A DNA stretch of 64,000 nt from Tubulanus polymorphus. Lineage: Eukaryota; Animalia; Nemertea. The stretch spans positions 22,716,560-22,780,559 of the forward strand of contig NC_134027.1 of NCBI RefSeq assembly GCF_964204645.1. Reading direction: 5' to 3'. The translations under genes and the position numbers were made by a program. Positions 26,630 through 39,249 of the stretch are shown here, piece after piece. The notes under the pieces are model-generated. The model worked only from the letters and a program-made list of their open reading frames with translations, did no database searches and had not been told where the DNA came from. The stretch's first letter is position 1. Each line of letters opens with the position of its first letter.

Positions 26630-27300
26630 AAGGGAGGGAAATTGTAGAGAGAGTGAGAGAGGAGAGAGAGAAGAGTAGGGAGAGGGAGAGAGAGTAGAGG
26701 GACAGAGGAGAGTGAGGAGACGACGGGGAGAGAGGAAAGAGAAAGAGAGAGGAGTGGGCAGAGAGAGGAGAGGAGAGGGAGGGAGAGAGAGTAAAGGGAC
26801 GGAGGGAGGAGAGTGAGGAGAGGGCAGGGAGAGAGTAAAGAGAAAGAGAGAGGAGTGGGCAGAGAGAGGAGAGGAGAGGGAGGAGAGTAGACAGAGGGAG
26901 AGAGAGTAAAGGGACGGAGGGAGGAGAGTGAGGAGAGGGCAGGGAGAGAGTAAAGAGAAAGAGAGAGGAGTGGGCAGAGAGAGGAGAGGAGAGGGAGGAG
27001 AGTAGACAGAGGGAGAGAGAGAGTAGAGGGAGGGAGAGGAGAGAGGAAAGGGAGGGGAGAGAGGAAAGAGAAAGAGAGAGGAGTGGGAAGAGAGAGTAGA
27101 CAGAGGGAGAGAGAATAGAGGAGAGTAGAGGGAGGGAGGGAGAGATGCGACGAGAGGGAGGGGAGAGAGGAAAGAGAATGAGAGAGGAGAGGGAGAGAGG
27201 AGAGAGAATGGAGAGAATGATTGAGAGGGAGGGAGGGAGGGAGAGAGGGGAAAGAATGGAGAGAATGAGAGAGAGGAGTGAGGAGAGAGAGGAGAGGAAA
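26630..27300 (+). repeat. GA-rich low-complexity tract
   Basis: Almost purine-only, with internal ~120-bp duplications. Confidence 0.9.
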
Positions 27301-28295
27301 ATTGGAAGGTCGGGGTCTAGAAGAAAATAAGAGGCATTTCCCGGACAAAGCAGCCTGGTCGATTCCACCCTTGCTCGGCTTTGAGATGTTTTTTGAGAAA
27401 AACATCCTAAAATGATGCGAATTCTGACACGTTGAGTGTCAAATTTTAACTAGCTCGACGAAAAGGGCAACGCGCGGTTAGTGGGAAGACGGGGTCCGGT
27501 TGCTTGCCATGAGTGGAATCCTCAATTGCCACTGTACCTTCGACAGCTCCTCGTTGCTACTGGTTCCGGAAGCGATTCACTTCGCTTTGTTTAAGCGTTG
27601 TTTAGTATCGAGTGAATGCTTTACCTGTGAACGCGTTCTCATATCGGGCACGGGCCAAATTTGACTCGGGGGCCTGATCCGCGCCAATATGCCCCGGAGC
27701 AAATCTCGGAGCGATCGCGGCTAAGGCGAATCAGATGAAAGATATCTACCTAGAATTGGGGAGAATTCGAGGTAGGGATAAATGCGGAAAGGGGGGAGGG
27801 AGAGATTTGAGAGAGTGTCTGGTATCTGAGCGTTTCTCATCATGAATCTGTACCGAAATAAGTGATCTCAAATATCAGCTACGACGAGCACTTAGGCGAC
27901 ATTCACCTTATTGCGTGCGCGCGTGTGTCGCAGCGACAGCAAACACTTCACTTACGGCATTTATTGCAGGCTTTTATATGTCGGGTATCGTTTTTCTTTG
28001 CGAAGACGTTTGCGGGGTGTGGTCAGGCCCGTTGCATGGTAGGGGGGGTGACGGTCAGGGGTCGTAGGGGCGATGAAAATAAGTTCCGCTCAATTTTAGT
28101 TAATAAGGATATGTAGAATATCAAGCTGAAACATAATCGCTTATGGCTATTACAAGATAATTATGTGTAGGCCTATATGATATATTAATTTTTTTTCATT
28201 TGTTCCTTTGTAACTTTGTTATGGGTTGACGGAAATGGCTCAGAGGCAGTGAGCATCAAAATATTCTAAACTTTCAGTTCCAACCAAAACTCGTT

Positions 28296-28336
28296 CACCT
28301 GATGAAGCTACTAAACATGAGTAGCGAAAGCTCGTG
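28296..28336 (+). ncRNA. Minimal type I hammerhead ribozyme motif (Penelope-type)
   Basis: CAC-CUGAUGA-A-GCUACU(aaacaug)AGUAGC-GAAA-GCUC-GUG: intact core, 6-bp stem II, 3-bp stem I, palindromic AGCU stem III. Confidence 0.75.
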
Positions 28337-28514
28337 CGTTAGATAAACTGTTGTTAACCTCTAAAGTACTAAAATACTATATATTGAAAAATGATCCCAC
28401 CCGCGCGTATTCTTCACGGGCCCGGTCGTGTGGATGAGGGATGTATTCTTCACGGGCCCGGTCATGTGGATGAGGGATGTGTAGTATCCCCTCAATCCAC
28501 CATGAGCATTGAAT

Positions 28515-28774
28515 TTAAGCCGCGATCACACGAAGAAGATTTGGCCCGGTCAAAATCAGGTCCGAATCGAATTTGGCCGTTGCCTAATTAGAGAGCGCGT
28601 ACACACGTAAAGCATTCACTCGATGCTTACTGAAAATTGCCATCGCTATGTCAGTCACTTCTGGAACCAGTTGCGATTGACACGCAATCATTTGACCAGT
28701 GCTAAAATTTGGCTCGGGGCCTGGTCCGATGTTTTTGGTCGGGCCAAAAACGCTCGGGTGTGATCGCGGCTTAA
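28515..28774. mobile_element. MITE with GCCGCGATCACAC TIRs
   Basis: ttaagccgcgatcacac ... gtgtgatcgcggcttaa; related copies at about 27530-27724, 36290-36567, 44655-44920 and 47855-48174. Superfamily uncertain (TTAA or TWA target). Confidence 0.75.
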
Positions 28775-28786
28775 GTCTGCAAATCG

Positions 28787-28894
28787 GGATCCAGTTCCAT
28801 AGTTGTGAGGTAAAATTTGACTTTAACTCATCGAAAATGAACTAGTTTTTAACTCGGAGTTAACTCTTTAACATATGACTGTAGAACTGGATCC
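28787..28894. mobile_element. Short MITE with GGATCCAGTTC TIRs (candidate source of the 39-bp satellite)
   Basis: ggatccagttccatagt ... actgtagaactggatcc; related copy at 15098-15193. Confidence 0.65.
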
Positions 28895-29461
28895 TGGGCA
28901 TCATTTATCGAATCAACTCAAGTCCGCGGGCAGGAAATGCCGAAATGCCGAATCGTATCTATTTTCGCGGGCCTGGATTCACGAGAAGTTAATTACAATG
29001 GTTTCCTATATACAAACCGAGAAGGACGTCATTAAGCGACTAATCATAATTCTGTTTTACGAAACCGAGCCCTCGGTCCTAATTCCCGGTTTTCCATTTG
29101 GATAAGAACCGCCTTGGCCACCGCGAACCCAACCTCCCCTCCCCCCAACGACGGTTTAATTAATAAGACGACCCGCCCGTGGGCACCGCTTCCTATGCGC
29201 GCGCGCTGAAAAAAACAAAACAATAACGTTATTTCTTCGCCGTCATCAAAGATCGTCTTGACGACCGACTAATTTGCTGTGTGTCATTGTTTTCGTCGTT
29301 GACACGCAATTCCGCAGTCATTACCGCCGCCCCTGTGGGTGAAAGCGCCGAGTATCGCTGATTTTCCGGTCCCTGGTTTTTAATGTAATGTGCACATCGT
29401 TAATGTAATGTGCACATCGGATCTCTCTACGTATAGTTACAATACGTGGAGGTGTATTTAC

Positions 29462-29577
<116 letters not shown>

Positions 29578-29759
29578 CCTATATCTATTTACCTCGAGTT
29601 TTATGTATTACAGGCGCATATAGTGCTCAGTTTATGTATGCTTGGCTTTTGTTTGGTTTATAGGGAAAACTATGTTGAAATCGCAATATTCTGATTTGTG
29701 TTTGTTGTATTCGTGTTGGTCCATGTGCTTGTAAACGCGCGTTGAGTTGGAAAATTCAT

Positions 29760-30330
29760 TCACCTCGCAGGGATTTTAACCTGAAGGCATCCTGGGATTC
29801 TGCCACGTTGCTTCCTTTTTGCAAGGATTTGATCTTGATGAAATTGTGAGAGGGCCACATTCTTCCCAGCGGGGATTTGAACCTGAAGGCATTGTAAGAC
29901 TCGCCACATTCCTCTGTCGCAGGGATTTGAACCTGATGGCATCATGAGACTCGGCCACATTCCTCTGTCGCAGGGATTTGAACCTGATGGCATCATGAGA
30001 CTGCCACATTCCCCTGTCGCAGGGATTTGAACCTAATGGCATCATGAGACTTAGCCACTATTCCTCTGTTGCCGGGATTTGAACCTAATGGCATCATGAG
30101 ACTGCCAGAATCCTCTGTTACAGGGATTTGAATTAATGGCTTCAATTGATGGCTTCCAGGAATTCTTCAATGTTCCTCCCTCGCATGGATTTGAGCCCGG
30201 TTGCATCGCATGACTCCCTCCCCTCCATATTCCTCCGTCCCAGAGATTCGAACCTGATGGCTTCCCGGGACTCTGCTACATTTCTTCGTCGCAGGAATTC
30301 CGAACCTGATGGCGTCGTGAGATTCCCGAG
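29760..30330 (-). repeat. 49-51-bp minisatellite array (same family as 42505)
   Basis: Repeats of gggatttgaacctgatggcatcatgagactgccacattcc. Confidence 0.85.
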
Positions 30331-30669
30331 AATCATCCTTACTCGGCGAAAATTCGAGCCGTTTTCATTCGCGCAATGTGTTCGAGACGTATTTCAGGTT
30401 TTCATTCCACGTAAAATTGCGTAAAGTTGATTTTGATATACGAGAATTTTTGATATACGAGAATTAAAGTCATTAAACGTTGCGTGAGGCGTCAGATTGC
30501 GGCACGACGGCTTTTCAGTATTCAAACCCGATTTTCGCGCGCCGCGCGTTATTTATCCAATTTCGAAGCCGCCCTTCATGAAAGAAAAAAAACGCGAATA
30601 GTTTGAACGTTACGTTCGGAATAACAATCGAAATCGCGGTAATTCGCGCGATCCGAATTAACGCTTTAT

Positions 30670-31050
30670 CAATTCAATTCAGCCTTTATTTAGCTTTATG
30701 CCACGAGGGACAGGTCGGCAATACGCACAAGAATGAAAGATTACGAAATTGCATGCGTATAAACATGCCATTATACACAACTATCCACAATATCGCTGGC
30801 TTCAATTAAGATGATCATTCCCAGGGATGAAAATCTCGCGACCAAAGACGGATTCCCGACCTTTTCTAACATTTTCTTTATTCCTGAGATCAGCGTAAAT
30901 CGCCTCGATCGCTTTAATCACTGAAATCGCGGGCGTCGCACTGGAGCGCTCCGTAGTTAGGAGTGCTCCGTAAGACGGTTGTCGGCGGTAGTTAGCGCAA
31001 CTGTGGAGTCGGAGAAACCAATATGGCGTCTCATTCAAAGAGCAGCTCTA
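30670..31050 (-). mobile_element. Probable LINE 3' end fragment
   Basis: Degenerate coding-like stretch (AIYADLRNK) ending aataaaggctgaattgaattg. Confidence 0.45.
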
Positions 31051-31433
31051 ATTCAGGCCCAAACTATTAACATTTTGACCAAAAGAAAGTAAGTTTTTTT
31101 TGGCTAAAAGTGAATGATTTTTATTCCCCCCCCCCAAAAATTCATTTTTTTAAAAATATTTTCCGACTTTTTCAATATGGGTCATTTTCATCCCTGCATT
31201 GCAGTGCAGTAAAGTGGGGAAAATGTTATGTAAATGTCATGACTAGCTCAGCCCCGTGCCGGACAGGGGTTCAGGAGTAGCGAATTAACCCTTTTCCAAG
31301 TGCCCTCTAAAGTCAGTGTCAAAGATTTTGCGAAATTTGGATATAATTTTCATGTTATTTTTGGAATATAGAAAATTAATCCATTCTCAAATGATCTATT
31401 CAAGGTACCCTTATGGAATTACATCGGTTACCC

Positions 31434-31782
31434 ATTGAACATAGAATCAAGTACTAAGTTCTCATTTTCATCTTCCATTGCATACTTAATTTGACTCCTA
31501 AATGTCTCTGTGACCTCATTCATATTCATGTGCCTTGCCATCCTCTCCGTTCTTCTGCCTTTAATCTCGCTGACAGTCCCTAGAAAGTCTTTCGGTTCTC
31601 GAGCCTTTTCCATCAATGGCCCGACCTTGTGGAATCAGCTTCCCGGAGACCTCCGGTCTTAAACATCTGTGGAGATCTTCTGGAGGCAATTTAAACATTA
31701 CCTCTTTAATGATGCTTTTATGTGAAGCGCTCTGAGCGGCTTTTTCATGAGCTGGATTTAACACTTATTATTATTATCGTTA
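31434..31782 (+). mobile_element. L2-type LINE 3' end fragment inserted in a MITE
   Basis: Encodes KSFGSRAFSINGPTLWNQLPGDLR; (TTA)n tail; ttaccc direct repeats at 31428 and 31783. Confidence 0.7.
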
Positions 31783-32522
31783 TTACCCGGGCACTTCATA
31801 TTTTAGATGTGTCCTTTTTCAAAAGGGAAGTGGCCCTTTTCACGGTAAAAAAAGTGCCCTCGTTCTTGAAATAGAACTGCCCCTTGATAAAAGCTCAACA
31901 CGGGCCTGTAGCTTCATAGATAAATGCGAGAGGAAGTCTTTTCCGAGATGGAAAAAGATGTATTAAACCGTAGACAGCCTTACAAATATCGCTGTCATTG
32001 AAATGATATTGAATCAGGATTGTGAGTTTGGACATACTTTAGTCCGAAAACTTTAGGGAACCCCGTTATTGAGTTTGCACCCAGACACAAGATGGCCGAC
32101 CCTAGTGAAATACGTAAAAGATTTCGGCAGTATCAACTGACGATATAGCGCAACAATATAGATTAGAAATGATAGTCAATACGAAAATGATGTTTCCCGC
32201 GATTCATTGCTATTTATAGGCAGGAGGACAATTGAGAGTTTATTAACCACAACTCGACTGACATTTCCTGATTCGAGTAAGTCGTTCATCATATCGCTAA
32301 ATATAAGCGTTTCTTTATCAACACGCCTTGAAAAATAACGCGTACACATATTGCTCGATATGGTCGACGGTGAATAACGTGATATAAATGATGCGATATC
32401 GAGGATCGGTCGGGTTAATTTCAATTCGGTCTAGCCCCATCTAAAATCACGTCCGCATTTACCCGTTCTAATTCACAATGAAAGTTCAATGAAAAAAAAC
32501 AAATGAAAATTATATATGCAAT

Positions 32523-32810
32523 TTAACCCTTTCAGTGCTGACTAACCAATACCCTATTGTGCTGGAAATAATTTGAAAATTTTGAAAAATTCCGCCCAAG
32601 TGCGTTGAATAATGGGAATACCACTATAGTGCCTCTACACCGCGCCGCAGTGTATCGTTAGTTACTAATATTTTTGACAGGTGCCGCCATCTTTCAATAG
32701 AGATAAAAACTAATTACGAATTTCATCAATACACCGCAGTGCGGTCTACTAGCGAAATCCATCACTGATTCATACACTGCACTGCGGTGTAGACGCACTG
32801 AAAGGGTTAA
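32523..32810 (-). mobile_element. piggyBac-like MITE family A
   Basis: Both TIRs with TTAA; internal sequence in reverse orientation. Confidence 0.85.
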
Positions 32811-33800
32811 TCGACTAGAAATAAAAGCCGATTTTCAGCGCTATTTTGGAACGCCAATATCGATGACGTAGTGCACACCGACTCGCGCGGAACCCCTTAA
32901 ATAACGCGTCGAAGTTAACAACGCATGAAAACGTCATGGCGACGGTTTTTTACGGAGTCGAAAAATACATCATACGCGTCGAGATTATGCGGCCGTCCGC
33001 GACCGACGCCACGTCATCGACGATCGACGCAACGCGGGATTTTTACGCGACTGATATTCGCGATGGCCGTGTTTCGTCGTCGTACGGGGCAAGCTACAAA
33101 CGCCGAGGGTGAAAAAAAAAAGACGCGCCACTATGACGTAACGCGTATTAGATATCCGGATAGGAAATCGATGATATGGCCTGAAAGCGGCTGTACAATT
33201 ACTAAATGGACATTCGCGTCCCTTGTGAGAACGATGAAATCGACCCGGTGGATATTTATCGATATTTGACCATGACAAACAATAACAGATATCGTAAGCG
33301 ATTAAGATAAGTATAGCCATAGCTTGTTATATAACGCCAGCCCCGGGACTGTCAAAATTTTGGCGGTATAACGAAATGGCGATCGTGAGAGTTTGCATAG
33401 TATACAAGATATGACTATTGACCAAATCAAGAATTGATTTAAATCTACCTTAATTAAGAAAGGCTAAAGGTCTTAGCTTATTTCGATTAGATGATAGAAA
33501 AAATATGATACAGTCATGTGTGATACTGCTGACCACATGTATCGATTCTTAACATAACAGACACGATTATTGACCAAATCCAGAATTGACGTCGATTAAT
33601 CTTAATTTAGAAAGCGTAAAGGCCTTAGTCTTATTTCGTTTAGATAATACAAAAATATGATACATCGATGTGTGATGCTGCCGACCATATGTATCGATTC
33701 CTAACATAACAGATGAGTGAAATATCAATTGTTGGCGGTACAACTACTATTTTCTCTATGAGTTTGAATAGGACCGTTCTAGGATTTCGTTGGCATTCTG

Positions 33801-33927
33801 GGGCTGGTTGCTCAAAAGTTGGTTAAAGATAACCAGCGGATAATTACCATAGTAACAATGAACTTTTAATCGTCACTATGTCAACTATCCACTGGTTTAC
33901 TCTAACCAACTTTTGAGCGACTGGCCC
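33801..33927. mobile_element. Harbinger/Tourist-like MITE
   Basis: TIRs gggctggttgctcaaaagttggtta / taaccaacttttgagcgactggccc; 3-bp ctg duplication; other copies at 9620-9751 and 14358-14735 (interrupted). Confidence 0.75.
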
Positions 33928-34172
33928 CTGGTGGAGGGCGGAAAGTGGTTTATCGAGAACTATTTACGTACATATAGATACCAAATGAACTGTGTGCGCG
34001 AGGAAATTCTCGGCGCTAGGTGAATTCGGCGGTACAACGAGCTTTTATCTGTATCGTTGTCAATTGAGTATGAATTTTTTGATGCCGTGAAAACTGTTAA
34101 CGATAATGTTTGTATGCATCGAAAATTGTAATCTGTTATTTGACTGTTACCGTGAGAGTAGATGTGCACAGC

Positions 34173-34291
34173 TTAACCCTTTCAGTGCGATTAAAAACAG
34201 AAGATTAAAAACACTAGGGTGGAATTTTTAATAATTTTCAAATTATCTCTAGCACTATAGGGTATTAACTAGTCAGAACTGAAAGGGTTAA
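34173..34291 (+). mobile_element. piggyBac-like MITE family A, internally deleted
   Basis: Both TIRs with TTAA but only about 120 bp long. Confidence 0.8.
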
Positions 34292-34797
34292 TCGATATCC
34301 GCAATTTCGAAGTGTTGATAATTATTGTGAATTACGAATTCATTAGTTGAAATTAAATTCATTCAGTCGTAAGTTTTATCAGATTTTTATATTCTCTAAT
34401 ATAAATTTTCATGTCATTTTGATAATGGATTTTGAGTGCATGTGCCCGACGTCATGAACATCGACCGAGGCTAGACTGGTCCATTCGATTCAATTGTCGA
34501 TGTATATTCGAAATAGCCTGCCACTCTAGACCGGGTGCGCAGGTTTGCCGCACGAACTTGCGGTTTACCAATCAGATTGCCCGTTGTATAATCGCTAGGA
34601 TCGCTCGAGCTATCTGACCTTGCGCAGGGCGAGGCTTCATTAAGCGCACTCTCTTAGCTTAATTGAAATGTAATTCGTCATTAATGCTTAATTTCAACAA
34701 ACAGCGATTAATCGCGCGTGGTTCTTCGTGTTTGAAATCGATCATATCGACTTGACTGCGTTGGTTTCATCATTTGTTAAATGTCAACTTTGACCAC

Positions 34798-34805
34798 ACC
34801 CTCTC

Positions 34806-34875
<70 letters not shown>

Positions 34876-35200
34876 CTCCCTCTCTCCCTCTCTCCCTCTC
34901 TCCCTCTCTCCCTCTCTCCCTCTCTCCCTCTCTCCCTCTCTCCCTCTCTCCTCTCTCCCTCTCCTCCCCTCCCTCTCCTCTCTCCCTCTCTCCCTCTCTC
35001 CCTCTCTCCCTCTCTCCCTCTCTCCCTCTCTCCCTCTCTCCCTCTCTCCCTCTCTCCCTCTCTCCTCTCTCCTCTCTCCTCCTCTCTCCTCTCTCCTCTC
35101 TCCTCTCTCCTCTCTCCTCTCTCCTCTCTCCTCTCTCCTCTCTCCTCTCTCCTCTCTCCTCTCTCCTCTCTCCTCTCTCCTCTCTCCTCTCTCCTCTCTC

Positions 35201-35244
<44 letters not shown>

Positions 35245-35275
35245 CTCCTCTCTCCTCTCTCCTCTCTCCTCTCTC

Positions 35276-35317
<42 letters not shown>

Positions 35318-35512
35318 GTCTCCTTCTACCTCTGTCTCCTTCTACCTCTCTGTTACCTCCTCCCTCTCTCCCCTCTCCCTCTATCTCCCACTCTCATCCC
35401 TCCCCTCTCTCAACCCTCCTCTCTCCTCTCCTTCCTCTCTCCCCTCTCGCTCCCTATCTCCCTCTCATCCCTCCCCTCTCAACCCCCCTCTCTCTTCTCC
35501 TTCCCTCCTCTC
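34798..35512 (+). repeat. CT-rich microsatellite tract
   Basis: (CT)n / (CTCTCC)n; pure pyrimidine for about 500 bp. Confidence 0.95.
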
Positions 35513-35679
35513 AGTAACCACCGATCAGTGATTATGCTTAGCTTCTCGTTTCTACAGTTTCCTTCATGGAAATTCAATCTGCCTGGCGATGAAGATTAGA
35601 TTTCGATGTCTTGGAAGTTTTCAGTTTTTGGGTCGGTGCCCCAATTTCTTATCAGTGCACAGGCCTAGGTGAGGAGTCA

Positions 35680-35850
35680 AAGTGAACCCACAACTGGAAC
35701 TGGATCCCGAGTCAAATATAATCCACACAACTGTAGAACTGGATCCAGAGTCGAATTAAACCCACATAACTGTGGAACTGGATCCGGAGTCAATTAAGAT
35801 CCACATAGCTGTGCAATTGGATCGAGTGTCTATTTGAACCCGCACAGCTT
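35680..35850 (-). repeat. 39-bp minisatellite, short array
   Basis: Same unit, reverse orientation. Confidence 0.8.
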
Positions 35851-36887
35851 AGTGCACACACCTATAAAATGTGCGTATACGCCCTGTAAATTCATTATGT
35901 TCTAAGTTCGTGGTCAAATATTGATTTCCGATGCTGTTATTGAAGTTGATATTTGAAAAAAAAAAACTTAATTATAGCTGGCTACAGTAAACAGTGCAGC
36001 AGTTTATCGTTTGAAATTCACTTCATCGCATCAGACGATTAATCTTTATCTACGTTGAATTGTTGCGGGTTTTGCCGGTGTTATAGGCAAACGGTTTGGA
36101 TTTATTGAGGTATATTTTGGACCACTCGGGAATCCCCCCCCCCCCCCGATAGTACGCACACTTCGAAATGAATTAAGAGCTCGGCAGTCAGCGTACGCAG
36201 AGATTATTAAACTTAGAAATTTCATGCTAACCCTCTTGGAATTTGCGTTTGGATATATTTCTTCAAAACTATATGAACACCGAGGGTTGGACCTCGCTAG
36301 TGGCTTCGGACATGGCCGAGCACTTTATCCGAGTGCTTCTGGCCAGGAACGACTGTTTACACGCGTACCAAATGGGCACCACTCATGCCTGACCAAAAAC
36401 GTTGGACCAAGCCTGAGCCAAATTTTAGCAAGAGACAAATGATTGCGTTTGAAATGCGACTGGTTCTGGAAGTCACTCACTTGACTTAAGGCACCGGCCA
36501 AATTTGGTTCTGTCCCGATCCGTGCCAAATTATCCCGGGCCAAATTGTCTCCGTGTGATCGCAGCTTTCTAGACCCCGGCCTTCCAACTTTTTTAGATCC
36601 GTACATACAGTTCCGATTCGCCAATGTCTGGGGACTTTTTTCTGAAGGTCACCTCACAGTTTTTTCTTTTTCGTTGTTAATGCGATACATATACGTCTGA
36701 TAAAAATCAGCTATAATCGGAAACTTAGGGTTATTATTAACGATGACATTTGAACGCGATTCAAATGTCCCCGGTCGTAAATTAGCGAAACATTATGAAG
36801 CGTTATGACATTTTACATAAAAACTTCATTTCTCCGCCAGGACTGGGGAGTTATATTGTTTGTTTTTTCAATCAGACAGCGCGATAG

Positions 36888-37203
36888 TTAACCCTTTCAG
36901 TGCGTCTACACCGCAGTGCGGTGTATGAATCAGTGATGGACTTTGCTAGTACACCGCACTGCGGTGTATTGATTTAATTAGTAATTATTAATTATCTCTC
37001 TTGAAGATGGCAGCACCTGTCAAACATAGTGAAATATTACTAACTAACGATATAGCGCACCAGGGTGTAGACGCACTATTATAACGGGAATAGCACTATA
37101 ATAGTTCTATTCCCGTTATTCAACACACTAAAAATTTTCAGAATTTTCAAATTATATTCATTATAAATTATATTCTTTAATAAGTCAGCCCTGAAAGGGT
37201 TAA
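36888..37203 (+). mobile_element. piggyBac-like MITE family A
   Basis: Both TIRs with TTAA. Confidence 0.85.
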
Positions 37204-37424
37204 TCCACGCAATAGTCGGAAGCATTTGTTACGGTTCGCCCGTGTTTTAAGTCTTCGAATGTCACCAATTTGTTGCGAATCGCGCTTACCCTAATCCCGG
37301 TGATCGTCCCTTTTTCATTTTTGGACGTGCGTGCAGCCATCTTTTTCTGGCGATTTATGAATTTTCCGCGATTGGGCGAAAAAATGCGCTCATGCGGCCC
37401 CCTACTTAAACAGTGTGGTATCAC

Positions 37425-37764
37425 GATTTCGTTACCGGCAGCATATGAAACGGTATTCAATATTATTTTTATTTTCATAATTATTATTTCGTTACCGGCC
37501 GCGTATGAAATGGTATTCAATATTATTATTATTTTCGTAATTATTATTTCGTTACCGGCCGCGTATGAAACGGTATTCAATATTATTATTATTTTCATGA
37601 TTATTATTTCGTTACCGGCCGCGTATGAAATGGTATTCAATATTATTATTATTTTCATGATTATTATTTCGTTACCGGCCGCGTATGAAATGGTATTCAA
37701 TATTATTATTATTTTCATGATTATTATATCGTTACCGGTCGCGTATGAAATGGTATTCAAGAAC

Positions 37765-37804
<40 letters not shown>

Positions 37805-37830
37805 ATATTATTATTATTTTCCTAATCATT
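37425..37830 (+). repeat. 60-bp tandem array plus (TTA)n
   Basis: ttattatttcgttaccggccgcgtatgaaatggtattcaatattattattattttcatga, about 6 copies. Confidence 0.9.
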
Positions 37831-37879
37831 ATTGTTTTATTATTGTTATTATTATTTCTCTTCGTTTGTATATTTTCAG

Positions 37880-38008
37880 CCGACCGGATTCATGGAGTCG
37901 AGCATTCCGTACTCGACTATCGAGGATATGATCGTCGTGCCGCGCTGGGACTCGGGACAGAAATTCGTCATTCGCATCACTGTGCCCGACGGTTCCGTCT
38001 TGATACAG
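37880..38008 (+). CDS. CMIP: CMIP exon 2 (PH domain)
   Basis: ttttcag|PTGFMESSIPYSTIEDMIVVPRWDSGQKFVIRITVPDGSVLIQ|gtacgt, after a 23.8 kb intron 1. Confidence 0.95.
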
Positions 38009-39249
38009 GTACGTACGTAATCGCGTCGCGTGGCACGCGCTCGATGATATTGTTTCTGAATGTTACTGTGTTACTGTACATCCACGAGGATTCCACGTAC
38101 GAGGTTCCGCCGGTAGTCGTTAGTACAGAAAATGATAGTTTGAAATAATATGATTGTTGATTAACGTAAAAAAACTTATCACTGTCATCAATCTGTGGTA
38201 TAAGTTTTGGTGTATCTATCTTAAAACTGAAAGTAGGGCGAGCAATTTTTTATTGTATTGTAATTTGTGTGACACCCTTTAGATAGTTGGTCGCCCGCGT
38301 TCGATTTCTTCTCCATTTCGATTTAATCGGAATGAACTTTTCTCTTAAATGAATCTTTTAAGAGAGCTATACTGATATCAGATAGGAGAAGAAGGAAAGT
38401 AGTTGGTGCTGTGATAATATATGGATTCGGGAGTCTAAAAAGATCCAGTTCAAAGCTCATTGAAGTTGAACTGATTTCGACGACGGATGACCTACTGCTG
38501 GGCTCGCCATCTGGTGGGATAGCTGGTTTCGCGAGTTCCCCGTTGACTCTGCTGCCCGGATTCAGCGTCTTGTTCGTAGTGTGAAGTCTTAGCCATCGCT
38601 TTTGAAATGTCTCATGTCTGACGACCATTGATGGAATACACTAGATCCGTGTGTTTTGACGACGATCTATTGACGATCTGGCGATAATAACGAAAAAGAA
38701 AAAAACGTAAAATTCCGGAAATTCGTTGAAATCGCTAGATCGCGCGTAAAATCAGTTTCTGTTTATGTCTTACGTATTTGACTGAGTTAATCGATCGGAT
38801 TCTTAGCAGGTCAGGTCAGGGAGAACAACGCGCATTTCAGGGAAAGGGCAAGTCGAATAAAATCAGCGACCCTGATAAAAGTGTCGAATGTCTGTGAGAA
38901 TCGATCAAAGTTATACGTATCGATACCTTTTGAAATAATTCTGATTGCAGCGTGTTAGTTTTCACATGCACTCATTCAAATAATTAGATAACGTGTAGTG
39001 TAATTCCAGAGGTGTGTATACATCGATAATTTCGCTGAAATTCTAGCCATTATTTTCTAATTCGTGTCATTACGATTCCATTCGTGGAGATTCTATTCTA
39101 TTCTAGTCCTTTACATGGGTATAACTGTTGAACTCCACGTGGCAGCGTATCTATTCAACCGGTCATCCAATGCTCTCATTTCCATCTCGGTGTTTTCAAT
39201 GGTGTTTTCAAAAACAAGTTCCATCTTGGTATGTACGACCCTCTTTAAG

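Noticed and set aside
34774-35599. Long Leu/Ser/Pro ORFs (also at 20866 and 26538-27405) and the YIYI ORFs at 29390
   Set aside because: Microsatellite translation artefacts.
37200-38148. 292-aa and 209-aa ORFs resembling repetitive membrane proteins
   Set aside because: Products of the 60-bp tandem repeat and (TTA)n; the real coding sequence is CMIP exon 2 in another frame.
38323-38628. 101-aa minus-strand ORF as a nested gene
   Set aside because: No recognisable motif or convincing splice partners; could be a transposon remnant but cannot be supported.
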